From: Eledone cirrhosa
Lineage: Eukaryota
Direction: 5' to 3'
Assembly: GCA_964016885.1 (NCBI GenBank)
Contig: OZ024740.1
Location: 11,346,001-11,410,000 of the forward strand
DNA length: 64,000 nt
Both the position numbers and the translations under genes were made by a program. The notes below the pieces were generated by a model. That model worked only from the letters and a program-made list of their open reading frames with translations. It searched no databases and was not told the origin of the DNA. Positions 14,701 through 27,600 of this stretch are shown in pieces; the first letter of the stretch is position 1, and every line of letters starts with the position of its first letter.

Positions 14701-17700
14701 ATGTTGTTGTTGTTGTTGGTAGTGATGTTGTTGTTTTGGTAGTGATGTTGTTGTTGTTGTTGGTAGTGATGTTGTTGTTGTTGGAGGTAGTGAAATTGTT
14801 GTTGTTGGAGGTAGTGATGTTGTTGTTGTTGGAGGTAGTGATGTTGTTGTTATTGGAGGTAGTGATGTTGTTGTTGTTGTTGTTGGAGGTAGAGATGTTG
14901 TTGTTATTGTTGTTGGTATTAATGTTGTTGTTGTTGGAGGTAGTGATGTTGTTGTTCTAGGAGGTAGTTTTGTTGTTGTTGGAGGTAGTGATGTTGTTGT
15001 TGGTGGTAGTGATGTTGTTGTTGTTGGAGGTAGTGATGTTGTTGTTGTTGGAGGTAGTGATGTTGTTGTTGTTGGAGGTAGTGATGTTGTTGTTGGGGGT
15101 AGTGATGTTGTTGGTGTTGGAAGTAATGATGTTGTTGTTGTTGGAGGTAGTGATTTTGTTGTTGTTGGAGGTGGTGATGTTGTTGATTGTCGGTAGTGAT
15201 GTTGTTGTTGTTGGAAATAGTGATGTTGTTGTTGGAGGTATTGATGTTGTTGTCGTTGGAGGTGGTGATGTTGTTGTTGTTGGAGGTAGTGATGTTGTTG
15301 TTGTTGTTGGTAGTGATGTTGTTGTTGTTGTTGGAGGTAGTGATGTTGTTTTGGTAGTGATGTTGTTGTTGTTGGAGGTAGTGATGTTGTTGTTGTTGGT
15401 AGTGATGTTGTTGTTGTTGGAGGTAGTGATGTTGTTGTTGTTGTTGTTGGTAGTGATGTTGTTGTTGTTGGAGGTAGTGATGTTGTTGTTGTTGTTGGTA
15501 GTGATGTTGTTGTTGTTGGTAGTGATGTTGTTGTTGTTGGAAGTAGTGATGTTGTTGTTGTTGTTGGTAGTGATGTTGTTGTTGTTGTTGGTAGTGATGT
15601 TGTTGTTGTTGTTGGTAGTGATGTTGTTGTTGTTGGTAGTGATGTTGTTGTTGGAGGTAGTGATGTTGTTGTTATTGTTGTTGGTAGTGATATTGTTGTT
15701 GTTGTTGGTAGTGATGTTGTTGTTGTTGGAGGTAGTGATGTTGTTGTTGTTGTTTGTCGTGATGTTGTTTTTGTTGTTGGAAATAGTGATGTTGTTGTTG
15801 TTGGAGGTAGTGATGTTGTTGTTGTTGGTAGTGATGTTGTTGTTGTTGGAGGTAGTGATGTTGTTGTTGTTGTTTGTCGTGATGTTGTTGTTGTTGTTGG
15901 GAGTGATGTTGTTGTTGTTGGACGTAGTGATGTTGTTGTTGTTGGTAGTGATGTTGTTGTTGTTGTTGGAGGTAGTGATGTTGTTGTTGTTGTTGGTAGT
16001 GATGTTTTTGTTGTTGGAGGTAGTGATGTTGTTGTTGTTGGAGGTAGTGATGTTGTTGTTGTTGGTAGTGATGTTGTTGTTGTTGGAGATAGTGATGTTG
16101 TTGTTGTTGGTAGTGATGTTGTTGTTGTTGGAGGTAGTGATGTTGTTGTTGGTAGTGATGTTGTTGTTGTTGGAGGTAGTGATGTTGTTGTTGTTGGTAG
16201 TGATGTTGTTGTTGTTGGAGGTAGTGATGTTGTTGTTGTTGGAGATAGTGATGTTGTTGTTGTTGGTAGTGATGTTGTTGTTGTTGGAGGTAGTGATGTT
16301 GTTGTTGGAGGTAGTGATGTCGTTGTTGTTGGAGGTAGTAGTGTTGTTGTTGTTGTTGGTAGTGATGTTGTTGTTGTTGGAAGTAGTAATGTTGTTGTTG
16401 TTGGAGGTAGTAGTGTTGTTGTTGTTGTTGGTAGTGATGTTGTTGTTGTTGGAGGTAGTGATGTTGTTGTTGTTGTTGTTGTTACTGATGTTATTGTTGT
16501 TGGAGCTAGTGATGTTGTTGTTGTTGTTAGTGATGTTGTTGTTGTTGGAGGTAGTGATGTTGTTGTTGTTGGTAATGATGTTGTTGTTGGAAGTAGTGTT
16601 GTTGTTGTTGTTGTTGGTAGTGATGTTGTTGTTGTTGGTAGTGATGTTGTTGTTGGAAGTAGTGATGTTGTTGTTGTTGTTGGTAGTGATGTTGTTGTTT
16701 TGGTAGTGATGTTGTTGTTGTTGTTGGTAGTGATGTTGTTGTTGTTGGAGGTAGTGAAATTGTTGTTGTTGGAGGTAGTGATGTTGTTGTTGTTGGAGGT
16801 AGTGATGTTGTTATTATTGGAGGTAGTGATGTTGTTGTTGTTGTTGTTGGAGGTAGAGATGATGTTGTTATTGTTGTTGGTATTAATGTTGTTGTTGTTG
16901 GAGGTAGTGATGTTGTTGTTCTAGGAGGTAGTTTTGTTGTTGTTGGAGGTAGTGATGTTGTTGTTGGTGGTAGTGATGTTGTTGTTGTTGGAGGTAGTGA
17001 TGTAGTTGTTGTTGGTAGTGATGTTGTTGTTGTTGGAGGTAGTGATGTTGTTGTTGGGGGGTAGTGATGTTGTTGTTGTTGGAGGTAGTGATGTTGTTGG
17101 TGTTGGAAGTAGTGATGTTGTTGTTGTTGGAGGTAGTGATTTTGTTGATGTTGGAGGTGATGATGTTGTTGATTGTTGGTAGTGATGTTGTTGTTGTTGG
17201 AAATAGTGATGTTGTTGTTGGAGGTAGTGATGTTGTTGTCGTTGGAGGTAGTGATGTTGTTGTTGTTGGAGGTAGTGATGTTGTTGTTGTTGTTGGTAGT
17301 GATGTTGTTGTTGTTGTTGGAGGTAGTGATATTGTTGTTTTGGTAGTGATGTTGTTGTTGTTGGAGGTAGTGATGTTGGTGTTGTTGGTAGTGATGTTGT
17401 TGTTGTTGGAGGTAGTGATGTTGTTGTTGTTGTTGTTGGTAGTGATGTTGTTGTTGTTGGAGGTAGTGATGTTGTTGTTGTTGTTGGTAGTGATGTTGTT
17501 GTTGTTGGTAGTGATGTTGTTGTTGTTGGAAGTAGTGATGTTGTTGTTGTTGGTAGTGATGTTGTTGTTGTTGGAAGTAGTGATGTTGTTGTTGTTGTTG
17601 GTAGTGATGTTGTTGTTGTTGTTGGTAGTGATGTTGTTGTTGTTGTTGGTAGTGATGTTGTTGTTGTTGTTGGTAGTGATGTTGTTGTTGTTGGTAGTGA

Positions 17701-20700
17701 TGTTGTTGTTGTTGGTGGTAGTGATGTTGTTGTTATTGTTGTTGGTAGTGATATTGTTGTTGTTGGAGGTAGTGATGTTGGTGTTGTTGGAGGTAGTGAT
17801 GTTGTTGTTGTTGGAAGTAGTGATGTTGTTGTTGTTGTTGTTGGTCGTAATGTTGTTGTTCGAAGTAGTGATGTTGTTGTTGTTGGAAGTAGTGATGTTG
17901 TTGTTGTTGGTAGTGATGTTGTTGTTGTTGGAAGTAGTGATGTTGTTGTTGTAGGTAGTGATGTTGTTGTTGTTGGAAGTAGTGATGTTGTTGTTGTTGT
18001 TGGTAGTGATGTTGTTGTTGTTGGTAGTAATGTTGTTGTTGTTGTTGGTCGTGATGTTGTTGTTGGAAGTAGTGATGTTGTTGTTGTTGTTGTTGTTGGT
18101 AGTAATGTTGTTGTTGTTGGAGGTAGTGATTTTGTTGTTGTTGGTAGTGATGTTGTTGTTGTTGTAGGTAGTGATGTTGTTGTTGTTGTTGTTGGAGGTA
18201 GTGATGTTGTTGTTGGAGGTAGTGATGTTGTTGTTGTTGGAGGTAGTAATGTTGTTGTTGTTGTTGGAGGTAGTGATGTTGTTGTTGTTGTTGTTGGTAG
18301 TGATGTTGTTGTTGTTGGTAGTGATGTTGTTGTTGTTGGTAGTAATGTTGTTGTTGTTGGAGGTAGTGATGTTGTTGTTGTTGGAGGTAGTGATGTTGTT
18401 GTTGTTGGTAGTGATGTTGTTGTTGTTGTTGTTGTTGGAGGTAGTGATGTTGTTGTTGTTGTTGGTAGTGATGTTGTTGTTGTTGTCGGTAGTGATGTTG
18501 TTGTTGTTGGAAGTAGTAATGTTGTTGTTGTTGGAGGTAGTAGTGTTGTTGTTGTTGTTGGTAGTGATGTTGTTGTTGTTGGAGGTAGTGATGTTGTTGT
18601 TGTTGTTACTGATGTTTTTGTTGTTGGAGGTAGTGATGTTGTTGTTGTTGTTAGTGATGTTGTTGTTGTTGGAGGTATTGATGTTGTTGTTGTTGGTAAT
18701 GATGTTGTTGTTGGAAGTAGTGTTGTTGTTGTTGTTGTTGGTAGTGATGTTGTTGTTGTTGGTAGTGATGTTGTTGTTGGAGGTAGTGATGTTGTTGTTG
18801 TTGTTGGTAGTGATGTTGTTGTTTTGGTAGTGATGTTGTTGTTGTTGTTGGTAGTGATGTTGTTGTTGTTGGAGGTAATGAAATTGTTGTTTTTGGAGGT
18901 AGTGATGTTGTTGTTGTTGTTGGAGGTAGTGATGTTGTTGTTATTGGAGGTAGTGATGTTGTTGTTGTTGTTGTTGTTGGAGGTAGAGATGTTGTTGTTA
19001 TTGTTGTTGGTATTAATGTTGTTGTTGTTGGAGGTAGTGATGTTGTTGTTCTAGGAGGTAATTTTGTTGTTGTTGGAGGTAGTGATGTTGTTGTTGGTGG
19101 TAGTGATGTTGTTGTTGTTGGAGGTAGTGATGAAGTTGTTGTTGGTAGTGATGTTGTTGTTGTTGGAGGTAGTGATGTTGTTGTTGTTGGAGGTAGTGAT
19201 GTTGTTGTTGGGGGTAGTGATGTTGTTGTTGTTGGAGGTAGTGATGTTGTTGGTGTTGGAAGTAGTGATGTTGTTGTTGTTGGAGGTAGTGATTTTGTTG
19301 TTGTTGGAGGTGGTGATGTTGTTGATTGTTGGTAGTGATGTTGTTGTTGTTGGAAATAGTGATGTTGTTGTTGGAGGTAGTGATGCTGTTGTCGTTGGAG
19401 GTAGTGATGTTGTTGTTGTTGGAGGTAGTGATGTTGTTGTTGTTGTTGTTGGAGGTAGTGATGCTGTTGTTTTGGTAGTGATGTTGTTGTTGTTGGAGGT
19501 AGTGATGTTGTTGTTGTTGGTAGTGATGATGTTGTTGTTGTTGGAGGTAGTGATGTTGTTGTTGTTGTTGGTAGTGAAGTGATTTGTTGTTGTTTTTGGT
19601 ATTGATGTTGTTGTTGGTAGTGATGTTGTTGTTGGAGCTAGTGATGTTGTTGTTGTTGGTAGTGATGTTGTTGTTGTTGGAGGTAGTGATGTTCTTGTTG
19701 TTGTTAGTGATGTTGTTATTGTCGGTAGTTATGTTGTTGTTGTTGGAGGTAGTGATGTTGTTGTTGTTGTTGGTAGTGATGTTGTTGTTGTTGGTAGTGA
19801 TGTTGTTGTTGTTGGAAGTAGTGATGTTGTTGTTGTTGTTGGTAGTGATGTTGTTGTTGTTGTAAGTAGTGATGTTGTTGTTGTTGGTAGTGATGTTGTT
19901 GTTGTTGTTGGTAGTGATGTTGTTGTTGTTGTTGTTGGTAGTGATGTTGTTGTTGTTGGTAGTAATGTTGTTGTTGTTGGAGGTAGTGATGTTGTTGTTA
20001 TTGTTGTTGGTAGTGATATTGTTGTTGTTGGTAGTGATGTTGTTGTTGTTGGTAGTAATGTTGTTGTTGTTGGAGGTAGTGATGTTGTTGTTGTTGGTAG
20101 TGATGTTGTTGTTGTTGGAAGTAGTGATGTTGTTGTTGTTGTTGTAGGTAGTGATGTTGTTGTTGTTGGAAGTAGTGATGTTGTTGTTGTTGTTGGTAGT
20201 GATGTTGTTGTTGTTGTTGGTAGTAATGTTGTTGTTGTTGGTCGTGATGTTGTTGTTGTTGTTGGAAGTAGTGATGTTGTTGTTGTTGTTGTTGGTAGTA
20301 ATGTTGTTGTTGTTGGAGGTAGTGATGTTGTTGTTGTTGGTAGTGATGTTGTTGTTGTTGGAGGTAGTGATGTTGTTGTTGTTGGTAGTGATGTTGTTGT
20401 TGTTGAAGGTAGTGATGTTGTTGTTGTTGGAGGTAGTGATGTTGTTGTTGGAGGTAGTGATGTTGTTGTTGTTGGAGGTAGTAATGTTGTTGTTGTTGGA
20501 GGTAGTGATGTTGTTGTTGTTGTTGTTGGTAGTGATGTTGTTGTTGTTGGTAGTGATGTTGTTGTTGTTGGTAGTAATGTTGTTGTTGTTGGAGGTAGTG
20601 ATGTTGTTGTTGTTGGAGGTAGTGATGTTGTTGTTGTTGGTAGTGATGTTGTTGTTGTTGTTGTTGTTGGAGGTAGTGATGTTGTTGTCGTTGTTGGTAG

Positions 20701-23700
20701 TGATGTTGTTGTTTTTGGAAGTAGTAATGTTGTTGTTGTTGGAGGTAGTAGTGTTGTTGTTGTTGTTGGTAGTGATGTTGTTGTTGTTGGAGGTAGTGAT
20801 GTTGTTGTTGTTGTTAATGATGTTATTGTTGTTGGAGCTAGTGATGTTGTTGTTGTTGTTAGTGATGTTGTTGTTGTTGGAGGTAGTGATGTTGTTGTTG
20901 TTGGAGGTAGTGATTTTGTTGTTGTTGGAGGTAGTGATGTTGTTGTTGTTGGGGGTAGTGATGTTGTTGTTGTTGGGGGTAGTGATGTTGTTGTTGTTGG
21001 AGGTAGTGATGTTGTTGTTGTTGGTAGTGATGTTGTTGTTGTTGGAGGTAGTGATGTTGTTGTTGTTGGAGGTAGTGATGTTGTTGTTGTTGTTGTTGTT
21101 GGTAGTGATGTTGTTGTTGTTGGAGGTAGTGATGTTGTTGTTGGAGGTAGTGATGTCGTTGTTGTTGGAGGTAGTGGTGTTGTTGTTGTTGTTGGAAGTA
21201 GTAATGTTGTTGTTGTTGGAGGTAGTAGTGTTGTTGTTGTTGTTGGTAGTGATGTTGTTGTTGTTGGAGGTAGTGATGTTGTTGTTGTTGTTACTGATGT
21301 TATTGTTGTTGGAGCTAGTGATGGTGTTGTTGTTGTTAGTGATGTTGTTGTTGTTGTTGGAGGTAGTGATGTTGTTGTTGTTGTTGGTAGTGATGCTGTT
21401 GTTGTTGGAGGTAGTGATGTTGTTGTTGTTGGAGGTAGTGATGTTGTTGTTGTTGTTGGTAGTGATGTTGTTGTTGTTGGAGGTAGTGATGTTGTTGTTG
21501 TTGGTAGTGATGTTGTTGTTGTTGGAGGTAGTGATGTTGTTGTTGTTGGTAGTGATGTTGTTGTTGGAGGTAGTGATGCTGTTGTTGGAGGTAGTGATGT
21601 TGTTGTTGTTGTTGGTAGTGATGTTGTTGTTTTGGTAGTGATGTTGTTGTTGTTGTTGGTAGTGATGTTGTTGTTGTTGGAGGTAGTGAAATTGTTGTTG
21701 TTGGAGGTAGTGATGTTGTTGTTGTTGGAGGTAGAGATGTTGTTGTTATTGTTGTTGGTATTAATGTTGTTGTTGTTGGAGGTAGTGATGTTGTTGTTCT
21801 AGGAGGTAGTTTTGTTGTTGTTGGAGGTAGTGATGTTGTTGTTGGTGGTAGTGATGTTGTTGTTGTTGGAGGTAGTGATGTAGTTGTTGTTGGTAGTGAT
21901 GTTGTTGTTGTTGGAGGTAGTGATGTTGTTGTTGTTGGAGGTAGTGATGTTGTTGTTGGGGGGTAGTGATGTTGTTGTTGTTGGAGGTAGTGATGTTGTT
22001 GGTGTTGGAAGTAGTGATGTTGTTGTTGTTGGAGGTAGTGATTTTGTTGATGTTGGAGGTGGTGATGTTGTTGTTGTTGGTAGTGATGTTGTTGTTGTTG
22101 GAGGTAGTGATGTTGTTGTTGTTGTTAAAGATGTTATTGTTGTTGGAGCTAGTGATGTTGTTGTTGTTGTTAGTGATGTTGTTGTTGTTGGAGGTAGTGA
22201 TGTTGTTGTTGTTGGAGGTAGTGATTTTGTTGTTGTTGGAGGTAGTGATGTTGTTGTTGTTGGGGGTAGTGATGTTGTTGTTGTTGGGGGGTAGTGATGT
22301 TGTTGTTGTTGGAGGTAGTGATGTTGTTGTTGTTGGTAGTGATGTTGTTGTTGTTGGAGGTAGTGATGTTGTTGTTGTTGTTGTTGTTGGTAGTGATGTT
22401 GTTGTTGTTGGAGGTAGTGATGTTGTTGTTGGAGGTAGTGATGTCGTTGTTGTTGGAGGTAGTGGTGTTGTTGTTGTTGTTGTTGTTGGAAGTAGTAATG
22501 TTGTTGTTGTTGGAGGTAGTAGTGTTGTTGTTGTTGTTGGTAGTGATGTTGTTGTTGTTGGAGGTAGTGATGTTGTTGTTGTTGTTACTGATGTTATTGT
22601 TGTTGGAGCTAGTGATGGTGTTGTTGTTGTTAGTGATGTTGTTGTTGTTGGAGGTAGTGATGTTGTTGTTGTTGGTAATGATGTTGTTGTTGGAAGTAAT
22701 GTTGTTGTTGTTGTTGTTGGTAGTGATGTTGTTGTTGTTGGTAGTGATGTTGTTGTTGGAGGTAGTGATGTTGTTGTTGTTGTTGGTAGTGATGTTGTTG
22801 TTTTGGTAGTGATGTTGTTGTTGTTGTTGGTAGTGATGTTGTTGTTGTTGGAGGTAGTGAAATTGTTGTTGTTGGAGGTAGTGATGTTGTTGTTGTTGGA
22901 GGTAGTGATGTTGTTGTTATTGGAGGTAGTGATGTTGTTGTTGTTGTTGTTGGAGGTCGTGATGTTGTTGTTATTGTTGTTGGTATTAATGTTGTTGTTG
23001 TTGGAGGTAGTGATGTTGTTGTTCTAGGAGGTAGTTTTGTTGTTGTTGGAGGTAGTGATGTTGTTGTTGGTGGTAGTGATGTTGTTGTTGTTGGAGGTAG
23101 TGATGTAGTTGTTGTTGGTAGTGATGTTGTTGTTGTTGGAGGTAGTGATGTTGTTGTTGTTGGAGGTAGTGATGTTGTTGTTGGGGGTAGTGATGTTGTT
23201 GGTGTTGGAAGTAGTGATGTTGTTGTTGTTGGAGGTAGTGATTTTGTTGTTGTTGGAGGTGGTGATGTTGTTGATTGTTGGTAGTGATGTTGTTGTTGTT
23301 GGAAATAGTGATGTTGTTGTTGGAGGTATTGATGTTGTTGTCGTTGGAGGTGGTGATGTTGTTGTTGATGGAGGTAGTGATGTTGTTGTTGTTGTTGGTA
23401 GTGCTGTTGTTGTTGTTGGAGGTAGTGATGTTGTTGTTTTGGTAGTGATGTTGTTGTTGTTGGAGGTAGTGATGTTGTTGTTGTTGGTATTGATGTTGTT
23501 GTTGTTGGTGGTAGTGATGTTGTTGTTGTTGTTGTTGGTAGTGATGTTGTTGTTGTTGGAGGTAGTGATGTTGTTGTTGTTGTTGGTAGTGATGTTGTTG
23601 TTGTTGGTAGTGATGTTGTTGTTGTTGGAAGTAGTGATGTTGTTGTTGTTGTTGGTAGTGATGTTGTTGTTGTTGGAAGTAGTGATGTTGTTGTTGTTGT

Positions 23701-24570
23701 TGGTAGTGATGTTGTTGTTGTTGTTGGTAGTGATGTTGTTGTTGTTGTTGGTAGTGATGTTGTTGTTGTTGGTAGTGATGTTGTTGTTGGAGGTAGTGAT
23801 GTTGTTGTTATTGTTGTTGGTAGTGATATTGTTGTTGTTGTTGGTAGTGATGTTGTTGTTGTTGGAGGTAGTGATGTTGTTGTTGTCGATTGTCGTGATG
23901 TTATTGTTGTTGTTGGAAATAGTGATGTTGTTGTTGTTGGAGGTAGTGATGTTGTTGTTGTAGGTAGTGATGTTGTTGTTGTTGGAGGTAGTGATGTTGT
24001 TGTTGTTGTTGTTTGTCGTGATGTTGTTGTTGTTGGAGGTAGTGATGTTGTTGTTGTTGGTAGTGATGTTGTTGTTGTTGGAGGTAGTGATGTTGTTGTT
24101 GTTGTTGGTAGTGATGTTTTTGTTGTTGGAGGTAGTGATGTTGTTGTTGTTGGAGGTAGTGATGTTGTTGTTGTTGGTAGTGATGTTGTTGTTGGAGATA
24201 GTGATGTTGTTGTTGTTGTTGGGAGTGATGTTGTTGTTGTTGGACGTAGTGATGTTGTTGTTGTTGGTAGTGATGTTGTTGTTGTTGGAGGTAATGATGT
24301 TGTTGTTGTTGTTGGTAGTGATGTTTTTGTTGTTGGAGGTAGTGATGTTGTTGTTGTTGGAGGTAGTGATGTTGTTGTTGTTGGTAGTGATGTTGTTGTT
24401 GTTGGAGATAGTGATGTTGTTGTTGTTGGTAGTGATGTTGTTGTTGTTGGAGGTAGTGATGTTGTTGTTGGTAGTGATGTTGTTGTTGTTGGAGGTAGTG
24501 ATGTTGTTGTTGTTGGTAGTGATGTTGTTGTTGTTGGAGGTAGTGATGTTGTTGTTGTTGGAGGTAGTGA

Positions 24571-24601
<31 letters not shown>

Positions 24602-27600
24602 GGTAGTGATGTTGTTGTTGTTGGAGGTAGTGATGTTGTTGTTGGAGGTAGTGATGTCGTTGTTGTTGGAGGTAGTAGTGTTGTTGTTGTTGTTGGTAGT
24701 GATGTTGTTGTTGTTGGAAGTAGTAATGTTGTTGTTGTTGGAGGTAGTAGTGTTGTTGTTGTTGTTGGTAGTGATGTTGTTGTTGTTGGAGGTAGTGATG
24801 TTGTTGTTGTTGTTACAGATGTTATTGTTGTTGGAGCTAGTGATGTTGTTGTTGTTGTTGTTGGAGGTAGTGCTGTTGTTGTTGGTGGTAATGATGTTGT
24901 TGTTGGAAGTAGTGTTGTTGTTGTTGTTGTTGGTAGTGATGTTGTTGTTGTTGGTAGTGATGTTGTTGTTGGAGGTAGTGATGTTGTTGTTGTTGTTGGT
25001 AGTGATGTTGTTGTTTTGGTAGTGATGTTGTTGTTGTTGTTGGTAGTGATGTTGTTGTTGTTGGAGGTAGTGAAATTGTTGTTGTTGGAGGTAGTGATGT
25101 TGTTGTTGTTGGAGGTAGTGATGTTGTTATTATTGGAGGTAGTGATGTTGTTGTTGTTGTTGTTGTTGGAGGTAGAGATGTTGTTGTTATTGTTGTTGGT
25201 ATTAATGTTGTTGTTGTTGGAGGTAGTGATGTTGTTGTTCTAGGAGGTAGTTTTGTTGTTGTTGGAGGTAGTGATGTTGTTGTTGGTGGTAGTGATGTTG
25301 TTGTTGTTGGAGGTAGTGATGTAGTTGTTGTTGGTAGTGATGTTGTTGTTGTTGTTGTTGTTGGAGGTAGTGATGTTGTTGTTGGGGGGTAGTGATGTTG
25401 TTGTTGTTGGAGGTAGTGATGTTGTTGGTGTTGGAAGTAGTGATGTTGTTGTTGTTGGAGGTAGTGATTTTGTTGATGTTGGGGGTGGTGATGTTGTTGA
25501 TTGTTGGTAGTGATGTTGTTGTTGTTGGAAATAGTGATGTTGTTGTTGGAGGTAGTGATGTTGTTGTCGTTGGAGGTAGTGATGTTGTTGTTGTTGGAGG
25601 TAGTGATGTTGTTGTTGTTGTTGGTAGTGATGTTGTTGTTGTTGTTGGAGGTAGTGATATTGTTGTTTTGGTAGTGATGTTGTTGTTGTTGGAGGTAGTG
25701 ATGTTGTTGTTGTTGGTAGTGATGTTGTTGTTGTTGGAGGTAGTGATGTTGTTGTTGTTGTTGTTGTTGGTAGTGATGTTGTTGTTGTTGGAGGTAGTGA
25801 TGTTGTTGTTGTTGTTGGTAGTGATGTTGTTGTTGTTGGTAGTGATGTTGTTGTTGTTGGAAGTAGTGATGTTGTTGTTGTTGGTAGTGATGTTGTTGTT
25901 GTTGGAAGTAGTGATGTTGTTGTTGTTGTTGGTAGTGATGTTGTTGTTGTTGTTGGTAGTGATGTTGTTGTTGTTGTTGGTAGTGATGTTGTTGTTGTTG
26001 TTGGTAGTGATGTTGTTGTTGTTGGTAGTGATGTTGTTGTTGTTGGAGGTAGTGATGTTGTTGTTATTGTTGTTGGTAGTGATATTGTTGTTGTTGGAGG
26101 TAGTGATGTTGGTGTTGTTGGAGGTAGTGATGTTGTTGTTGTTGAAGTAGTGATGTTGTTGTTGTTGTTGGTCGTAATGTTGTTGTTGGAAGTAGTGATG
26201 TTGTTGTTGTTGGTAGTGATGTTGTTGTTGTTGGAAGTAGTGATGTTGTTGTTGTTGTTGTAGGTAGTGATGTTGTTGTTGTTGGAAGTAGTGATGTTGT
26301 TGTTGTTGTTGGTAGTGATGTTGTTGTTGTTGGTAGTAATGTTGTTGTTGTTGTTGGTCGTGATGTTGTTGTTGGAAGTAGTGATGTTGTTGTTGTTGTT
26401 GTTGGTAGTAATGTTGTTGTTGTTGTTGGAGGTAGTGATTTTGTTGTTGTTGGTAGTGATGTTGTTGTTGTTGTAGGTAGTGATGTTGTTGTTGTTGTTG
26501 TTGGAGGTAGTGATGTTGTTGTTGGTAGTGATGTTGTTGTTGTTGTTGTTGTTGGAGGTAGTGATGTTGTTGTTGTTGTTGGTAGTGATGTTGTTGTTGT
26601 CGGTAGTGATGTTGTTGTTGTTGGAAGTAGTAATGTTGTTGTTGTTGGAGGTAGTAGTGTTGTTGTTGTTGTTGGTAGTGATGTTGTTGTTGTTGGAGGT
26701 AGGGATGTTGTTGTTGTTGTTACTGATGTTTTTGTTGTTGGAGCTAGTGATGTTGTTGTTGTTGTTAGTGATGTTGTTGTTGTTGGAGGTAGTGATGTTG
26801 TTGTTGTTGGTAATGATGTTGTTGTTGGAAGTAGTGTTGTTGTTGTTGTTGTTGGTAGTGATGTTGTTGTTGTTGGTAGTGATGTTGTTGTTGGAGGTAG
26901 TGATGTTGTTGTTGTTGTTGGTAGTGATGTTGTTGTTTTGGTAGTGATGTTGTTGTTGTTGTTGGTAGTGATGTTGTTGTTGTTGGAGGTAGTGAAATTG
27001 TTGTTGTTGGAGGTAGTGATGTTGTTGTTGTTGGAGGTAGTGATGTTGTTGTTATTGGAGGTAGTGATGTTGTTGTTGTTGTTGTTGTTGTTGGAGGTAG
27101 AGATGTTGTTGTTATTGTTGTTGGTATTAATGTTGATGTTGTTGGAGGTAGTGATGTTGTTGTTCTAGGAGGTAGTTTTGTTGTTGTTGGAGGTAGTGAT
27201 GTTGTTGTTGGTGGTAGTGATGTTGTTGTTGTTGGAGGTAGTGATGTAGTTGTTGTTGGTAGTGATGTTGTTGTAGTTGGAGGTAGTGATGTTGTTGTTG
27301 TTGGAGGTAGTGATGTTGTTGTTGGGGGTAGTGATGTTGTTGTTGTTGGAGGTAGTGATGTTGTTGGTGTTGGAGGTAGTGATTTTGTTGTTGTTGGAGG
27401 TGGTGATGTTGTTGATTGTTGGTAGTGATGTTGTTGTTGGAAATAGTGATGTTGTTGTTGGAGGTAGTGATGCTGTTGTCGTTGGAGGTAGTGATGTTGT
27501 TGTTGTTGGAGGTAGTGATGTTGTTGTTATTGTTGTTGGTAGTGATATTGTTGTTGTTGGAGGTAGTGATGTTGGTGTTGTTGGAGGTAGTGATGTTTTT